A DNA stretch of 64,000 nucleotides from Acidobacteriota bacterium (lineage in GTDB: Bacteria > Acidobacteriota > Vicinamibacteria > Vicinamibacterales > 2-12-FULL-66-21): the NCBI GenBank assembly GCA_046732715.1, contig JBKPNQ010000138.1:4397-68396 (forward strand), written 5' to 3'. Shown piece by piece: positions 37,815 to 47,918 of this stretch. The position numbers were made by a program, and so were the translations under genes. A model generated the notes under the pieces. That model saw only the letters and a list, made by a program, of their open reading frames with translations, was not told the origin of the DNA and made no database searches. Within the stretch, counting starts at the first letter, position 1. The number at the start of each line of letters is the position of its first letter.

Positions 37815-39188
37815 CTACCCCGACTGATGCAGGTATCTGAGGAACACCTGGGCAAGGCCCAGGAACGACAGGAAGCCAAACACATCGGTCAGTGTCGTGA
37901 TGAAAACCGACGACGCGAGCGCGGGATCGACCTTCAGGGCCCGCAGCATCAGCGGAATCAGCGTGCCGGCGGTGGCGGCGACGAACATGTTGATGATCAT
38001 CGCCATGGCGAGAATTCCGCCGAGCATGGGGTCGCTGCTGAAGAGCCAGGCGACGAGGGCACCGATCACCCCGCACGCGACGCCATTGCCGACGCCAACG
38101 GCGGCTTCTTTCAACAGGGCCTTGCGGCTGTTGCTCCATGTGAGTTCGCCCAATGCGATGCCACGGACGATTACGGTGAGTGTCTGGGTTGCTGCGTTGC
38201 CGCCCATTCCGGCCACGACCGGCATATAGATGGCGAGCGCGACCACGCGGTCAATCGTGCCCTTGAACAATCCGACGACCGACGCTGCGAGAAACGCGGT
38301 CGCGAGATTGACCATCAACCACGGCAGGCGCTTGCGCAGCGACTCGCTTGCCCGCGAGAAGACACGGTCGTCGCTGGCCACGCCCGCGAGGCGGTAGACG
38401 TCCTCGGTCGCTTCGTCCTTGATGACGTCGATGACGTCGTCCACGGTAATCACACCGACGAGCTTGTTTTCCTCGTCAACGACCGGGATCGCCAGCAGGT
38501 TGTACGAGGCGACAAGCCTGGCGACCTCCTCTTGGTCCATGTCGGCGCGGACGCTGATGAGATCGGTCGTCATGATGCGCTTGAGCGGCGTCTCGGGCGA
38601 GACGAGCAGCAGCCGCCGCAACGACACGACGCCGACAAGATGGCGGCGCGCATCGATCACGTAGAGGTAGAACACGACCTCGACGTCCCGTGAACCCTGC
38701 AATGCGGTGATCGCTTCGCTCGCGGTCATGTCTTCCGCAAGCGCGAACACCTTCGGGTTCATGATGCGGCCGGCGGTCTGCTCGGCGTACTCGAGGAGAT
38801 CGCCGACGTCGCCTCCGGCCGGACGCTTCTGCAGGAGCTCGAGGACGGTGGTCGACAGCTCGTCCGGCAGGTAATCGATCAGCGCGGCGGCATCATCAGA
38901 CGGCAGCTCCTGCGTGAGCTTGACGATCTCTTCCGCCGATCGGTCGCGCAGAAGCGCAGCGCCGGCTTCGGGGCCGAGTTCGCTCAAGGCTTCCATTGCC
39001 AGCCTGCTGTTGCGCTCGGCGAGAAGCGTGAATGCCGATTGCCGTTCCTTGTCGGGAAGCTCGGAAAAGACCTGGGCGAGGTCGGCAGGATACTGTTTCT
39101 GCAGGAGATTGACGAGGTTGGCCGTGGCCCCCATGCGCATGAGGCGCTTCACGGAGTCGAGCACGACATCGAGCTTGCGCTGGGGCAT
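37815..39188 (-). CDS. mgtE: Magnesium transporter MgtE
   Basis: 457 aa. MgtE N-domain, CBS pair, and a TM domain with PVVAGMGGNAATQT. Confidence 0.95.
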   Translation of the reverse strand: MPQRKLDVVLDSVKRLMRMGATANLVNLLQKQYPADLAQVFSELPDKERQSAFTLLAERNSRLAMEALSELGPEAGAALLRDRSAEEIVKLTQELPSDDAAALIDYLPDELSTTVLELLQKRPAGGDVGDLLEYAEQTAGRIMNPKVFALAEDMTASEAITALQGSRDVEVVFYLYVIDARRHLVGVVSLRRLLLVSPETPLKRIMTTDLISVRADMDQEEVARLVASYNLLAIPVVDEENKLVGVITVDDVIDVIKDEATEDVYRLAGVASDDRVFSRASESLRKRLPWLMVNLATAFLAASVVGLFKGTIDRVVALAIYMPVVAGMGGNAATQTLTVIVRGIALGELTWSNSRKALLKEAAVGVGNGVACGVIGALVAWLFSSDPMLGGILAMAMIINMFVAATAGTLIPLMLRALKVDPALASSVFITTLTDVFGFLSFLGLAQVFLRYLHQSG

Positions 39189-39250
39189 AAGTCCGGTCCA
39201 AACCTATGAGTGAGAACCACTCAATCTATCAGTTTCTCGGCCGGGGCTGT

Positions 39251-39291
39251 ACAAAAAACGGCCACGATGGCAGGAGCACGCCATCGTGGCC
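39251..39291 (-). terminator. Rho-independent terminator
   Basis: Minus strand: GGCCACGATGGC-GTGCTCCT-GCCATCGTGGCC (perfect 12-bp stem), then G TTTTTT GT. Downstream of the sigma/anti-sigma/secreted-protein operon. Confidence 0.85.
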
Positions 39292-39293
39292 AA

Positions 39294-39322
39294 ACTCGCG
39301 ATTCGCGGTTCGCCATTCGCGA
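39294..39322. repeat. Heptamer tandem array, 4 units (TTCGCGN type)
   Basis: actcgcg attcgcg gttcgcc attcgcg, lying between two hairpins. Confidence 0.7.
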
Positions 39323-39332
39323 GGGGGCTGGA

Positions 39333-39353
39333 ACGGCCCTGTGGCAGGGCCGT
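39333..39353 (-). other. Perfect 9-bp hairpin (ACGGCCCTG-tgg-CAGGGCCGT) without a U-tract
   Basis: Read directly from the sequence, 27 nt after the 39380 stop. Confidence 0.5.
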
Positions 39354-39379
39354 CGGCACTCTCGCGGAACGATCGGAAC

Positions 39380-40333
39380 CTACTGTTCCTTCATCTGCGG
39401 CCGAATGCCGGACTCCTTCAACGTGTAGTCCGGCGGAACGGTGAAGAGCGACCGATCTGGCTCAGCCCGCACGATCGACTGGAGCCGATAGACCGTCTCG
39501 CCAACTCGCGGGTCACTATGTTTCGTCATCACGAGCACACCCAGATCGGATGAGAACCACTGCTCGACAACCGCCTTAATCGGCTGCAGGTTGCCGATCG
39601 CGCCCGCGGGAATCGTCGTCGTCGTCCGCGAGCCGGTTGCCGGGACGCCTTCGATGTTCTGGGTCCCGAGTTCCTCGCGCGACGTCGAGCCTGCCGCGGT
39701 CCGTTCGACGGCTATCTTCTCTGCCACTCGCTCCGCAGTTGGTGCTGGAGGCGGTGGAGGTGGCGGGTCGGGTAGTACTTCCCTCACCCTGGCCACTGCC
39801 TCGATCTTCTCCTTCGTCTGTGCTTCGACTGTCGTCGCACCGGCTGCCCCTTGAGGGACCCGCTCCCTCATCACGTCCGCACCCGTTCCTCGGCCGTCCG
39901 GCATCACGATGCGGACCCCGTCGCGGTAGGCCGTTCGTGACGCCGGATTCAGCACGTAAGTCAGATGCGCGACCGGATCGACGATCGACACGCTCACGAC
40001 TGTGCCCGCGTCGTTCATCTCTTCGCGACGTGTGCGTCCCTCGCCATCGCGATACACACGGGTCACCGACTTTCGATTGATCCGGTTGCCATCGGCAAGG
40101 AGCTGCGTCGATTCGGTGACCGCCTCGGCAGAGTAAGGAGCGTTCGCTGTGATTCTTCCTTCGACCGCCGTCCGCGCGCGGACGTCGCCGACTATCTTCT
40201 GCTGGATCGCCTCCGCCAGCAGTTTCTGTCGAACCAGCCCGGCGGCTTCCGAGTCCGGCCCCACAGTGCCTGTCTGAGCCGCCGCCGGCGCTGCGACGAT
40301 CAGCACGAACAAAACCGTCCACACTCTATTCAT
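39380..40333 (-). CDS. Secreted hypothetical protein (Pro-rich linker)
   Basis: 317 aa. Signal peptide MNRVWTVLFVLIVAAPAAAQ. ATGA overlap with the upstream anti-sigma gene. Confidence 0.6.
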   Translation of the reverse strand: MNRVWTVLFVLIVAAPAAAQTGTVGPDSEAAGLVRQKLLAEAIQQKIVGDVRARTAVEGRITANAPYSAEAVTESTQLLADGNRINRKSVTRVYRDGEGRTRREEMNDAGTVVSVSIVDPVAHLTYVLNPASRTAYRDGVRIVMPDGRGTGADVMRERVPQGAAGATTVEAQTKEKIEAVARVREVLPDPPPPPPPAPTAERVAEKIAVERTAAGSTSREELGTQNIEGVPATGSRTTTTIPAGAIGNLQPIKAVVEQWFSSDLGVLVMTKHSDPRVGETVYRLQSIVRAEPDRSLFTVPPDYTLKESGIRPQMKEQ

Positions 40334-40986
40334 TGCGTACTCCTTGAACTCGCGGCCACGAGACGGATCGCGCGGGCGAAACCATCCTGGCCGATCAGGA
40401 CATCAGCTTCGACAGGTCCCATCCCTGGTCCAGCCGAGATGTCGATTCCGTAAGTCGGCAGCGACGCAACCGGGATATCCATCCTGACGATCTCGCCGCT
40501 CTCGAACGCCGGGAGCCCGGCGCTCCATGGCAGGTCGACAAAACCGGAAGGCGTCACGACGTTGGTCTTCGGCCGTCTCCTGGTTGGACTCGCCGAATGA
40601 GCGGTGGCCATTTCGACTGAAGATGACCGATCGATCGGTGGGCCCACCGTTGGCGGCACCGCCGGAGATTCAGCGGCCGTCGGCGGGGTCGCCTGGTGTC
40701 CGACATTCACCCGCGGTTGACCCGTCCACCGCAGATACGCGACGCACGCAACCAGGAGAATTGCCGCCGCTGCCGACACCCATGGACGCCAGCTCGCGAT
40801 GATTGGCTTTCTGGTGGCGCGCAGATGCCAACCAGCGGTCTTCATCGGAGCCGACGGAATCACCGCGGCGTCGTGAGCGGCAAACGCATCGAGCAGCTGC
40901 CGCTCGATCCTTGCCGCGCTCTCGGGAGGCATCATGGTCTCCCGCGCCAGCGTGTCCATCGCTCGCCGGTATTCTTCGCCGTTCAT
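40330..40986 (-). CDS. Putative anti-sigma factor (single-pass membrane protein)
   Basis: ATG 40986 overlaps the ECF sigma stop (ATGA). One TM helix (WVSAAAAILLVACVAYL). The call rests on position and topology. Confidence 0.6.
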   Translation of the reverse strand: MNGEEYRRAMDTLARETMMPPESAARIERQLLDAFAAHDAAVIPSAPMKTAGWHLRATRKPIIASWRPWVSAAAAILLVACVAYLRWTGQPRVNVGHQATPPTAAESPAVPPTVGPPIDRSSSVEMATAHSASPTRRRPKTNVVTPSGFVDLPWSAGLPAFESGEIVRMDIPVASLPTYGIDISAGPGMGPVEADVLIGQDGFARAIRLVAASSRSTQ

Positions 40987-41600
40987 GCGAGACACCTCGT
41001 TCCCCTCTTTGTGACCGGCTGACCGCGTGTCAATCGCGCACGCATCTTGGCTTCGAGCAACGCGCGCCCCCGATGCAACCTCGATCGAACCGTGCCCACC
41101 GCGCACTCGAGCACCGACGCCGCTTCGTCATAACTCAGATCCTGCAGGTCGCACAGGACCACGACCTCTCGATACCGGAGCGGCAGGCTCAGCACGGCTT
41201 GGCGAAGCGCCTCGATCTGCTCTGCGTTCGACAGATCGCCAAGCGGATCCGGACGAACGACTGCGGCCGGCTCTGTCCGATCGGGGTGATCAGACAGTTG
41301 AACCGTGCGCCGATCGCGATCGCGCTTTCGGCGTGCATGGTTGCGCGCGATCCCGCAGAGCCAAGCCGTGACCGTCGCGCGCCCGGACTCGAATCGGGCT
41401 GCATCACGCATGACCGCCAGAAACACGTCCTGCGTCACATCCTCGGCCGCCGTGGCCGACCCCGTCATCAGCAAGGCGATGCGATAGACGTCGCCGTGGC
41501 GCCGGCGAAACAGCGCGGCAAACGCGAGGGCGTCACCGCCGGCCACTCGCGCGACCAGCTCGTCGTCCGACGCGCCGTCCGGCAGAGGCTCGTTGCTCAT
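40983..41600 (-). CDS. ECF (sigma-70 family) RNA polymerase sigma factor
   Basis: 205 aa. Region 2 is DVTQDVFLAV, and the region 4 HTH is LSYDEAASVLECAVGTVRSRLHRGR. Confidence 0.9.
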   Translation of the reverse strand: MSNEPLPDGASDDELVARVAGGDALAFAALFRRRHGDVYRIALLMTGSATAAEDVTQDVFLAVMRDAARFESGRATVTAWLCGIARNHARRKRDRDRRTVQLSDHPDRTEPAAVVRPDPLGDLSNAEQIEALRQAVLSLPLRYREVVVLCDLQDLSYDEAASVLECAVGTVRSRLHRGRALLEAKMRARLTRGQPVTKRGTRCLA

Positions 41601-41672
41601 GCGAAGGCGTTGCCGCTCACATTGTGTATTCAGCTGGAGGGGGCAGAAAGTTCCAGGAAGGTGGATGGTCCG

Positions 41673-44072
41673 TTAGCGATTGTTGGTCGAGAATCCGACC
41701 AGATATTCGTTCCCACCGCGAAGTGTCGCCCGAACGGTGCCATCGGCGTTGAGTCGGAGGGGTATGGCTTCTCCACGAAGCCTTATCGTCGCCACCTGCT
41801 GCCCTGTGGGCGGCCGGATCACTTGCTCGCCGTCGACATCCGGTCGTAATCGAACCTCGATTGCCTTCCCTCCATCCCACCGGATATCAACACCAACGGC
41901 CCCGCGAGCGCGAAGGCCCCCGACGAAGCCCGACGGCCACGCCGACGGGAGGGATGGCAGGATGGCGATCTCTCCCGCGTGGGACTGCAGCAGCATCTCG
42001 ACAATGCCAGCCGTCCCGCCGAAGTTCCCGTCAATCTGAAACGGCGGATGGCTGTCGAGCATGTTGGGCTGGGTCGAATTGCCCAGGAGCGTGACGAAGT
42101 TCTGGTGCGCCTTGTCCCCCTCCTCGAGGCGTGCCCAGAAGTTCACGATCCAGGCACGGCTCCAGCCGGTACCGCCACCTCCGGCGGCTAATCGACGCTC
42201 CAGGGTGATCCGAGCCGCATGTGCGAGTTCGGGCGTGCCGCGCGGCGTGATCTGGTTGCCCGGGTGCAAGGCGAACAGATGCGAGATGTGACGATGACCA
42301 GGGTCCCGCTCGTCGTAATCCTCGCGCCACTCCTGCAACTGTCCAAACCGTCCAATCTTTAGCGGCGGCAGCTTGCTCCGCGCCTCTTGCACGCGCGATC
42401 GGAATTCTGAATCGACGTCAAGAATCTCGCTGGCCTGAATCGTCCGGCCGAAAAGCGCGTCAGCGATTTCGGTGTCCATGTACGGCCCCATCGCCAGCGA
42501 CGCTGCGGTGCCGTCAGGTAGCTTGTATTGGTTCTCCGGAGAGATAGATGGGCCGGTCACGAGCTTGCCATCGCGATCGGGAACCATGTAGTCGAGAAGG
42601 AACTCCGTAGCTTCCTTCAGCACCGGGTAGGCGCGCGCACGCAGGAACTCGCGATCGCGGGTGAAATCGTAGTGATCCCAGAAGTGCAACGACAGCCATG
42701 CGCCGCCCATTGGCCAGATGCCGGACCTGACGCCATCGATCGGAGCGGCGTGCCCCCAGCCGTCCGTATTGTGATGGATGACGAAACCACGGGCGCCGTA
42801 CATCGTCTTTGCCACCTGCCGTCCGGCCTGGCGCGAGTTGTCGACGAGATCGAAGAGCGGGCCCTGGAGATCCGACAGGCTCGTGGTCTCGGCCGGCCAG
42901 TAGTTCATCTCGGTGTTGATGTTGATCGTGTACTTGCTGTCCCACGACGGCGCGAGCGAGTCATTCCATTTCCCCTGGAGGTTCGCCGCCAGGCTCCCGG
43001 GACGGCTGCTCGAGATCAGCAAGTACCGGCCGAACTGAAAGTAGAGTGCTTCCAGCGCGAAGTCGGTTCCGCCTGCCTTGACGCGCGCGAGTCGTTCGTT
43101 GGTAGGCAAATCCGGGGCGCTGGCGTTCAACTGAAACTCGGCGCGTTTCGAGAAGCGCTGATAGTCCGCCACGTGGGCGGCACGGATCTGTTCGTAGTGC
43201 CGATCGGCGGCCACCGCCAGCGCGCGCTTTGCCGCCTGCAAGGGCTCGCGTTCGCGCATCGTTGTTGCCGCAGCCAATACCAGCGTGGCGGAGTTAGCTG
43301 CGTCCACGATCACTGATGCGCCGTCCGTGCGTGTGCGTCCGCCCTCGGCAGAAACCTGTGTCACACCGGCAAAGCGCACGCCGGTCTTCGGCTCGTCTGC
43401 ATGACGCTCCGAAGCCGGAAGTGCCTGTCCCTCGACAATCGCAAAGTTGGGGTCTTCGGCGCGACCGGTCGCATCGCGTTCTCTCGACATCGAAGCCGTC
43501 AACCCGATTGAGCCGGGCCGATCGGCACTGACTCGAATAACGATGACGTGATCGACAGCAGTCGCGAACACTTCCCGGGTGTAGAGAACGCCTCCGGCAC
43601 GAAATCGTACGCGCGCGATGGCGTCATCGAGGCTCAACTCGCGGCGGTACTCGGATGGCTCCCCGTCAATTTGAAAGTGGATCGAGAGATCGCCCAGCGT
43701 CTGGTACGGCGGCATCCGGCGCGGAACCGAGATGATCGTCTTGTCGGCGATGGCTTCGGCTTCGGCAGGCTTTCCGGCAAACAGCAGCCGCCGGATCTCC
43801 GGGATCGACGCCGCCGCGCTCGGGTTGACGCGATCGAGTTTTTGCCCGGCCCAGACGGTATCCTCGTTGAGTTGCAGCCGCTCGTCGCGTACGCCGCCAA
43901 ATACCATGGCGGCAAGCCGACCGTTGCCGACCGGCAGCGCCTCATTCCAATTCGCGGCCGGCGTGCGATACCACAGAACATTTGGCGACGGCACGTCCTG
44001 CGCACGCGGTTCAGCCGACCCGCCCAGCGCCAAGCCTGCGATCGCGGTTATTGCCAGGAGAGTCCTGCGCAT
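41673..44072 (-). CDS. Glycoside hydrolase family 95 (alpha-L-fucosidase-like), secreted
   Basis: WNEALPVGNGRLAAMVFGG...LQLNEDTVWAG is a GH95 N-terminal signature. ATG 44072 (MRRTLLAITAIAG) lies 5 nt after the era stop. The track TTG 44081 would overlap era by 4 nt. Confidence 0.85.
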   Translation of the reverse strand: MRRTLLAITAIAGLALGGSAEPRAQDVPSPNVLWYRTPAANWNEALPVGNGRLAAMVFGGVRDERLQLNEDTVWAGQKLDRVNPSAAASIPEIRRLLFAGKPAEAEAIADKTIISVPRRMPPYQTLGDLSIHFQIDGEPSEYRRELSLDDAIARVRFRAGGVLYTREVFATAVDHVIVIRVSADRPGSIGLTASMSRERDATGRAEDPNFAIVEGQALPASERHADEPKTGVRFAGVTQVSAEGGRTRTDGASVIVDAANSATLVLAAATTMREREPLQAAKRALAVAADRHYEQIRAAHVADYQRFSKRAEFQLNASAPDLPTNERLARVKAGGTDFALEALYFQFGRYLLISSSRPGSLAANLQGKWNDSLAPSWDSKYTININTEMNYWPAETTSLSDLQGPLFDLVDNSRQAGRQVAKTMYGARGFVIHHNTDGWGHAAPIDGVRSGIWPMGGAWLSLHFWDHYDFTRDREFLRARAYPVLKEATEFLLDYMVPDRDGKLVTGPSISPENQYKLPDGTAASLAMGPYMDTEIADALFGRTIQASEILDVDSEFRSRVQEARSKLPPLKIGRFGQLQEWREDYDERDPGHRHISHLFALHPGNQITPRGTPELAHAARITLERRLAAGGGGTGWSRAWIVNFWARLEEGDKAHQNFVTLLGNSTQPNMLDSHPPFQIDGNFGGTAGIVEMLLQSHAGEIAILPSLPSAWPSGFVGGLRARGAVGVDIRWDGGKAIEVRLRPDVDGEQVIRPPTGQQVATIRLRGEAIPLRLNADGTVRATLRGGNEYLVGFSTNNR

Positions 44073-44077
44073 GGCGC

Positions 44078-45079
44078 TCAACGCTTTCGTGACTTCGTTT
44101 TCGCCGGGCCGAAGCGATGCGGCACCGACGATGGTCGACGTGGCTTGCCTTTCGCGCCGCTGAAGCGGCGCGCGACGGAAGTCTTCGTCACTGTCTTCGG
44201 TACACCAATCTCATCGAGAACGCGGTCGTTGTCGCGCCACTGCGAATTGACCTTTACGCGCAGATCGAGAAACACGCGGGTGCCGAAGAACGACTCGAGA
44301 TCGTGACGCGCTTCCGTCCCGATTCTCTTGATCATCGCTCCGCCGCGCCCAATGACGATCGGCTTCTGGGATTCTGTCTCGACGAAGATCGTGCAGAACA
44401 GCCGCAGCAGTCGGTCGCGATCCTCTTCGTTGAACTCGTCGACGACGACGGCGGTCGAGAAAGGCAGCTCGTCGCGGGTGTGCTGCAGGACCTTCTCGCG
44501 AACGGTCTCCGCCACCAGCACCCGCTCCGGCTGGTCGGTCAGGTAGTCGTCTGGATATCCCGGCTCCCCTTCCGGCAACTGATCGAGCAGCACCCGCTCG
44601 AGCCGATCGACACCATCACCGGTGGTGGCCGATACCGGCACGATTGCGGCGAAGTCGTGCCACTGACGGGCACGATCGATCAGCGGCAGCAGCTTCGCCT
44701 TGCCAATGAGATCGATCTTGTTGAGCACGAGCACGGCTGGCGTGCGCACGTCCTTCAGCAGTCCGGACACGTATTCGTCCCCGTGACCCGGCCTCGTCGA
44801 CGCGTCGAAGACGAGCGCGATCACGTCGACCTCGCGAAACGTGTCGACCGCCGCATCGACCATCCGCACGTTGAGGCGATGGAGCGGCCGATGAATTCCC
44901 GGGGTATCGACGAACGCGATTTGTCCGTCTGGATAGTTCTTCACCGCCACGATCCGGTTCCGCGTGGTCTGTGGCTTGTCAGAGACGATTGCGATCTTCT
45001 CGCCGATCATCCGGTTGAGGAGAGTCGATTTGCCGGCGTTGGGCCGACCGACGAGCGATGCGTAACCGGCCTTCGGCAT
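44078..45079 (-). CDS. era: GTPase Era with a basic C-terminal extension of about 40 aa
   Basis: ATG 45079. GYASLVGRPNAGKSTLLN...DTPG...NKID plus a KH domain. The tail is PKTVTKTSVARRFSGAKGKPRRPSSVPHRFGPAKTKSRKR. Confidence 0.95.
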   Translation of the reverse strand: MPKAGYASLVGRPNAGKSTLLNRMIGEKIAIVSDKPQTTRNRIVAVKNYPDGQIAFVDTPGIHRPLHRLNVRMVDAAVDTFREVDVIALVFDASTRPGHGDEYVSGLLKDVRTPAVLVLNKIDLIGKAKLLPLIDRARQWHDFAAIVPVSATTGDGVDRLERVLLDQLPEGEPGYPDDYLTDQPERVLVAETVREKVLQHTRDELPFSTAVVVDEFNEEDRDRLLRLFCTIFVETESQKPIVIGRGGAMIKRIGTEARHDLESFFGTRVFLDLRVKVNSQWRDNDRVLDEIGVPKTVTKTSVARRFSGAKGKPRRPSSVPHRFGPAKTKSRKR

Positions 45080-45089
45080 GATCGGCGCG

Positions 45090-46358
45090 CTACGCTTCGG
45101 GCTGTGCCTGCGGCGCCAGCCGCATGCGGACCTTGTGAATGCGGCGGCGCTCCGCTTCCAGCACTTCGACCTCCAGGCCGTCGAAATCGAACGTTTCGCC
45201 GACGGCAGGCACACGGCCGACCCGCGTCAACAGGTATCCGCCCACGGTTTCAAACCCTTCCGGCTCGATCTCGACTCCGAGCCGATCGCGCACCTCGGCG
45301 ATGTTGACCTTCGCGCTGAAGACGAACGAGCCCTGGCCAACGTCCACGACCGGTTCGGTCTCGACATCGTACTCGTCGCGGATCTCCCCGACGATCTCTT
45401 CCAACAGATCCTCGATCGTCACCAGCCCCGCCGTCCCGCCGTACTCATCGACCACGATGGCGATCTGAACCTGCTTGCTCTGGAATTCCCTGAGCATCTC
45501 CGCTACCCGTTTCGTCTCCGGCACGAACGTCGCCGGCCGGATGAAGCGAACCAGATCCGGCTGCAGCGGCAGCTTGCCCGACGGTGGAGCGTCGAGCCTG
45601 AGCAGATCCTTGATGAACACGAACCCGACGATGTTGTCGAGATTCTCCTTGTAGACCGGGATCCGTGAGTATTCCTGCTCACGGAAAAACGCCCTGACCT
45701 CATCGAAGGTCGCGTCGGCGCGAATCGCCATCATGTCGGGGCGCGGTGTCATCACCTCGCGCACCAGCGTGTCGCCGAAATCCACGATCGACTGCAGCAG
45801 TCTGCGCTCATCTCCCTCGATCAGCCCCTGTTCCTCCGCCGTCTCGGAATACGCCTGGGTCGCCGCTGTCCCGTCGGCTTGAACCGGATCGGCGGCTCCA
45901 TTGCTGGCGTCGGCTCGCTCGGCGCGAGGCACCGCGGCAATCAATCGCAGCAGCCCACCGGTCAGCGGCTGCAGGAACCGCGCGACGACATCGAATGGCG
46001 GCAGCAGGATCTCGAGAACGCGCTCCGGATTCTGGCGGACGATGAGGAGCGGGACGACGTGCTCGCAGACGAGGATGAAGACGGCCACGAACACGAGCAG
46101 CATCCCGATCGACTGAAAACCGGTGCGGCCGGTCAGGATCGCGATGAACATCGTCGCCAGCGAAAAGATCAGGCCAAGGAGCAGACGCGCCGGGACCAAC
46201 AGCTGCGGCGGCTCCTCGAGGTAAAAGCCGAGTCGATCGGCTCGTCCGCGCTCAGCCATCAGTCGCAGCGAGAAGCGCATGAGCGCGCTGAACGCCGCTT
46301 CGATCGTACCGACGTAGACCGCGGCGAGCGCGAGCAGGAACAGCAGCAGCGGAATCAT
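45090..46358 (-). CDS. HlyC/CorC (CNNM) family transporter: DUF21, CBS pair, CorC_HlyC
   Basis: ATG 46358 overlaps the ybeY stop (ATGA). [16 protein letters not shown]. Contains a CBS pair and a C-terminal transporter-associated domain. Confidence 0.9.
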   Translation of the reverse strand: MIPLLLFLLALAAVYVGTIEAAFSALMRFSLRLMAERGRADRLGFYLEEPPQLLVPARLLLGLIFSLATMFIAILTGRTGFQSIGMLLVFVAVFILVCEHVVPLLIVRQNPERVLEILLPPFDVVARFLQPLTGGLLRLIAAVPRAERADASNGAADPVQADGTAATQAYSETAEEQGLIEGDERRLLQSIVDFGDTLVREVMTPRPDMMAIRADATFDEVRAFFREQEYSRIPVYKENLDNIVGFVFIKDLLRLDAPPSGKLPLQPDLVRFIRPATFVPETKRVAEMLREFQSKQVQIAIVVDEYGGTAGLVTIEDLLEEIVGEIRDEYDVETEPVVDVGQGSFVFSAKVNIAEVRDRLGVEIEPEGFETVGGYLLTRVGRVPAVGETFDFDGLEVEVLEAERRRIHKVRMRLAPQAQPEA

Positions 46359-46879
46359 GAACGCTCGATCAATCCTGCCTGGAGGCCGCCGCGGCGGCGC
46401 CACCGTCGTTCGACGCGGGCCATCCGTCCGCGGTCATCGGCGGAGTCGTGATCGTAACCGAGCAGGTGCAGAAGTCCATGGAGTGCGAGGACCCGCAGCT
46501 CAGCCTGATACGAATGCCCGGCCTCGCGGCCCTGCCGGCGCGCGACACCGGTGGCGATGACGATGTCTCCGAGGAACTTCGCGCCCCCGAATCCGCTCGT
46601 CGACAGGCTCGCCGAAGCCCGGGATCCGTCCGCCGGAAACGACAGGACGTCCGTTGCGGAGCTCTTGTGCCGGTAGCGTGAATTGAGTTTGTGAATATGC
46701 GCATCGGTGACGAGCGCGACGGCCACGTCGCCGCGAACGCGCGCCGGGCAGACGTCCGACAACCATCGCGCCAGCCCGCCGTCCCGCAGCGCGCGGCCGC
46801 ACCCGTCCGACACGGTCACGTGGAGACCGCGAGTCGCGCTGCCGCCGGATCGCCGCAGGCGTCTACTGTCGTGATCCAC
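46355..46879 (-). CDS. ybeY: rRNA maturation RNase YbeY
   Basis: TDVLSFP...[14 protein letters not shown] 46879 overlaps phoH by 17 nt. Alternative GTG at 46819. Confidence 0.9.
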   Translation of the reverse strand: MDHDSRRLRRSGGSATRGLHVTVSDGCGRALRDGGLARWLSDVCPARVRGDVAVALVTDAHIHKLNSRYRHKSSATDVLSFPADGSRASASLSTSGFGGAKFLGDIVIATGVARRQGREAGHSYQAELRVLALHGLLHLLGYDHDSADDRGRMARVERRWRRRGGLQAGLIERS

Positions 46880-47813
46880 CGTAGGCTTCGTAGGCCTTGA
46901 CGATCTGCTGCACGAGCGGGTGACGCACGACGTCCTTTTCGTCGAAGTGAATGAACGAGATGCCCTCGACGTCGCCGACGACCTTCATCGCTTCAACCAG
47001 CCCGGACTGGCGAGCCGTCGGCAGATCGATTTGCGTCACGTCCCCGGTAATGACCGCCTTCGATCCGAACCCCAATCGCGTCAGGAACATCTTCATTTGC
47101 TCGGACGTCGTGTTCTGCGCTTCGTCCAGAATCACGAATGCATCGTTCAATGTGCGGCCGCGCATGAAGGCGATCGGCGCCACCTCGATGGTGCCGCGCT
47201 CGAGCATCCGATCCGCGCGCTCGATTTCCATCATGTCGTAGAGCGCGTCATAAAGCGGCCGCAGGTACGGATTGACCTTCTCCTGTAAATCGCCGGGGAG
47301 GAATCCCAGCTTCTCTCCCGCCTCGACGGCAGGCCTGGCCAGGATGATCCGGCTGACCCGCTTGGACAGCAGGAACGAGACCGCCTGCGCCATCGCCAGG
47401 TAGGTCTTCCCCGTCCCGGCCGGTCCGATCCCAAACACGATGTCATGCCGCTCGATGGCATCCAGGTAGCGTCGCTGGTTGACGCTCTTGGGCATCACCT
47501 GACGCTTGCCGGTCGGGCGCGCCGAGCCACGGAGGAAGTAATCCGCGAGCTCGACGTGCTCGTCCTGGGCGACGAGCTGTGACGCCGTTTTTACGTCGCC
47601 CTTGCCGAGCCGGTAGCCGCCGCGCACGAGCGCCGATAACTGCTCCAGTACATTCTCAGTACGGCTGACGTCGGCCGGTTCCCCCTCGACAATCAGTTCG
47701 TGCCCATTCGTGCGAATCCGCACGTTGAACAGCGATTCCAGATGTTTGAGGTTCTCGTCGAGGGGACCGTACAGTGACTCGGCCCCTTCGTCCGGGACCG
47801 AAATCTTGCGCAT
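46863..47813 (-). CDS. phoH: PhoH family ATPase
   Basis: 316 aa. [13 protein letters not shown] (Walker A)...FVILDEAQN...[11 protein letters not shown]. Confidence 0.9.
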   Translation of the reverse strand: MRKISVPDEGAESLYGPLDENLKHLESLFNVRIRTNGHELIVEGEPADVSRTENVLEQLSALVRGGYRLGKGDVKTASQLVAQDEHVELADYFLRGSARPTGKRQVMPKSVNQRRYLDAIERHDIVFGIGPAGTGKTYLAMAQAVSFLLSKRVSRIILARPAVEAGEKLGFLPGDLQEKVNPYLRPLYDALYDMMEIERADRMLERGTIEVAPIAFMRGRTLNDAFVILDEAQNTTSEQMKMFLTRLGFGSKAVITGDVTQIDLPTARQSGLVEAMKVVGDVEGISFIHFDEKDVVRHPLVQQIVKAYEAYGGSRQ

Positions 47814-47876
47814 GACTGTGGCAGGAGGGATAGGGAATCTCCTTCAGAACACGCAGGCTCTCTGCGATGGTATCAC

Positions 47877-47918
47877 GAGCCTTGAGCCTTGAGCCGTGAG
47901 CCCTGAGCCCTGAGCCCT
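47877..47918. repeat. Heptamer tandem array, 6 units (GAGCCYT), abutting the aspS stop
   Basis: gagcctt gagcctt gagccgt gagccct gagccct gagccct. Confidence 0.85.

Noticed and set aside
39189-39250. M-box riboswitch upstream of mgtE and T-box upstream of glyQ
   Set aside because: The leader left after the terminator is only about 60 nt, too short for an M-box. glyQ overlaps recO with no leader at all. I recognise no conserved riboswitch core by eye.
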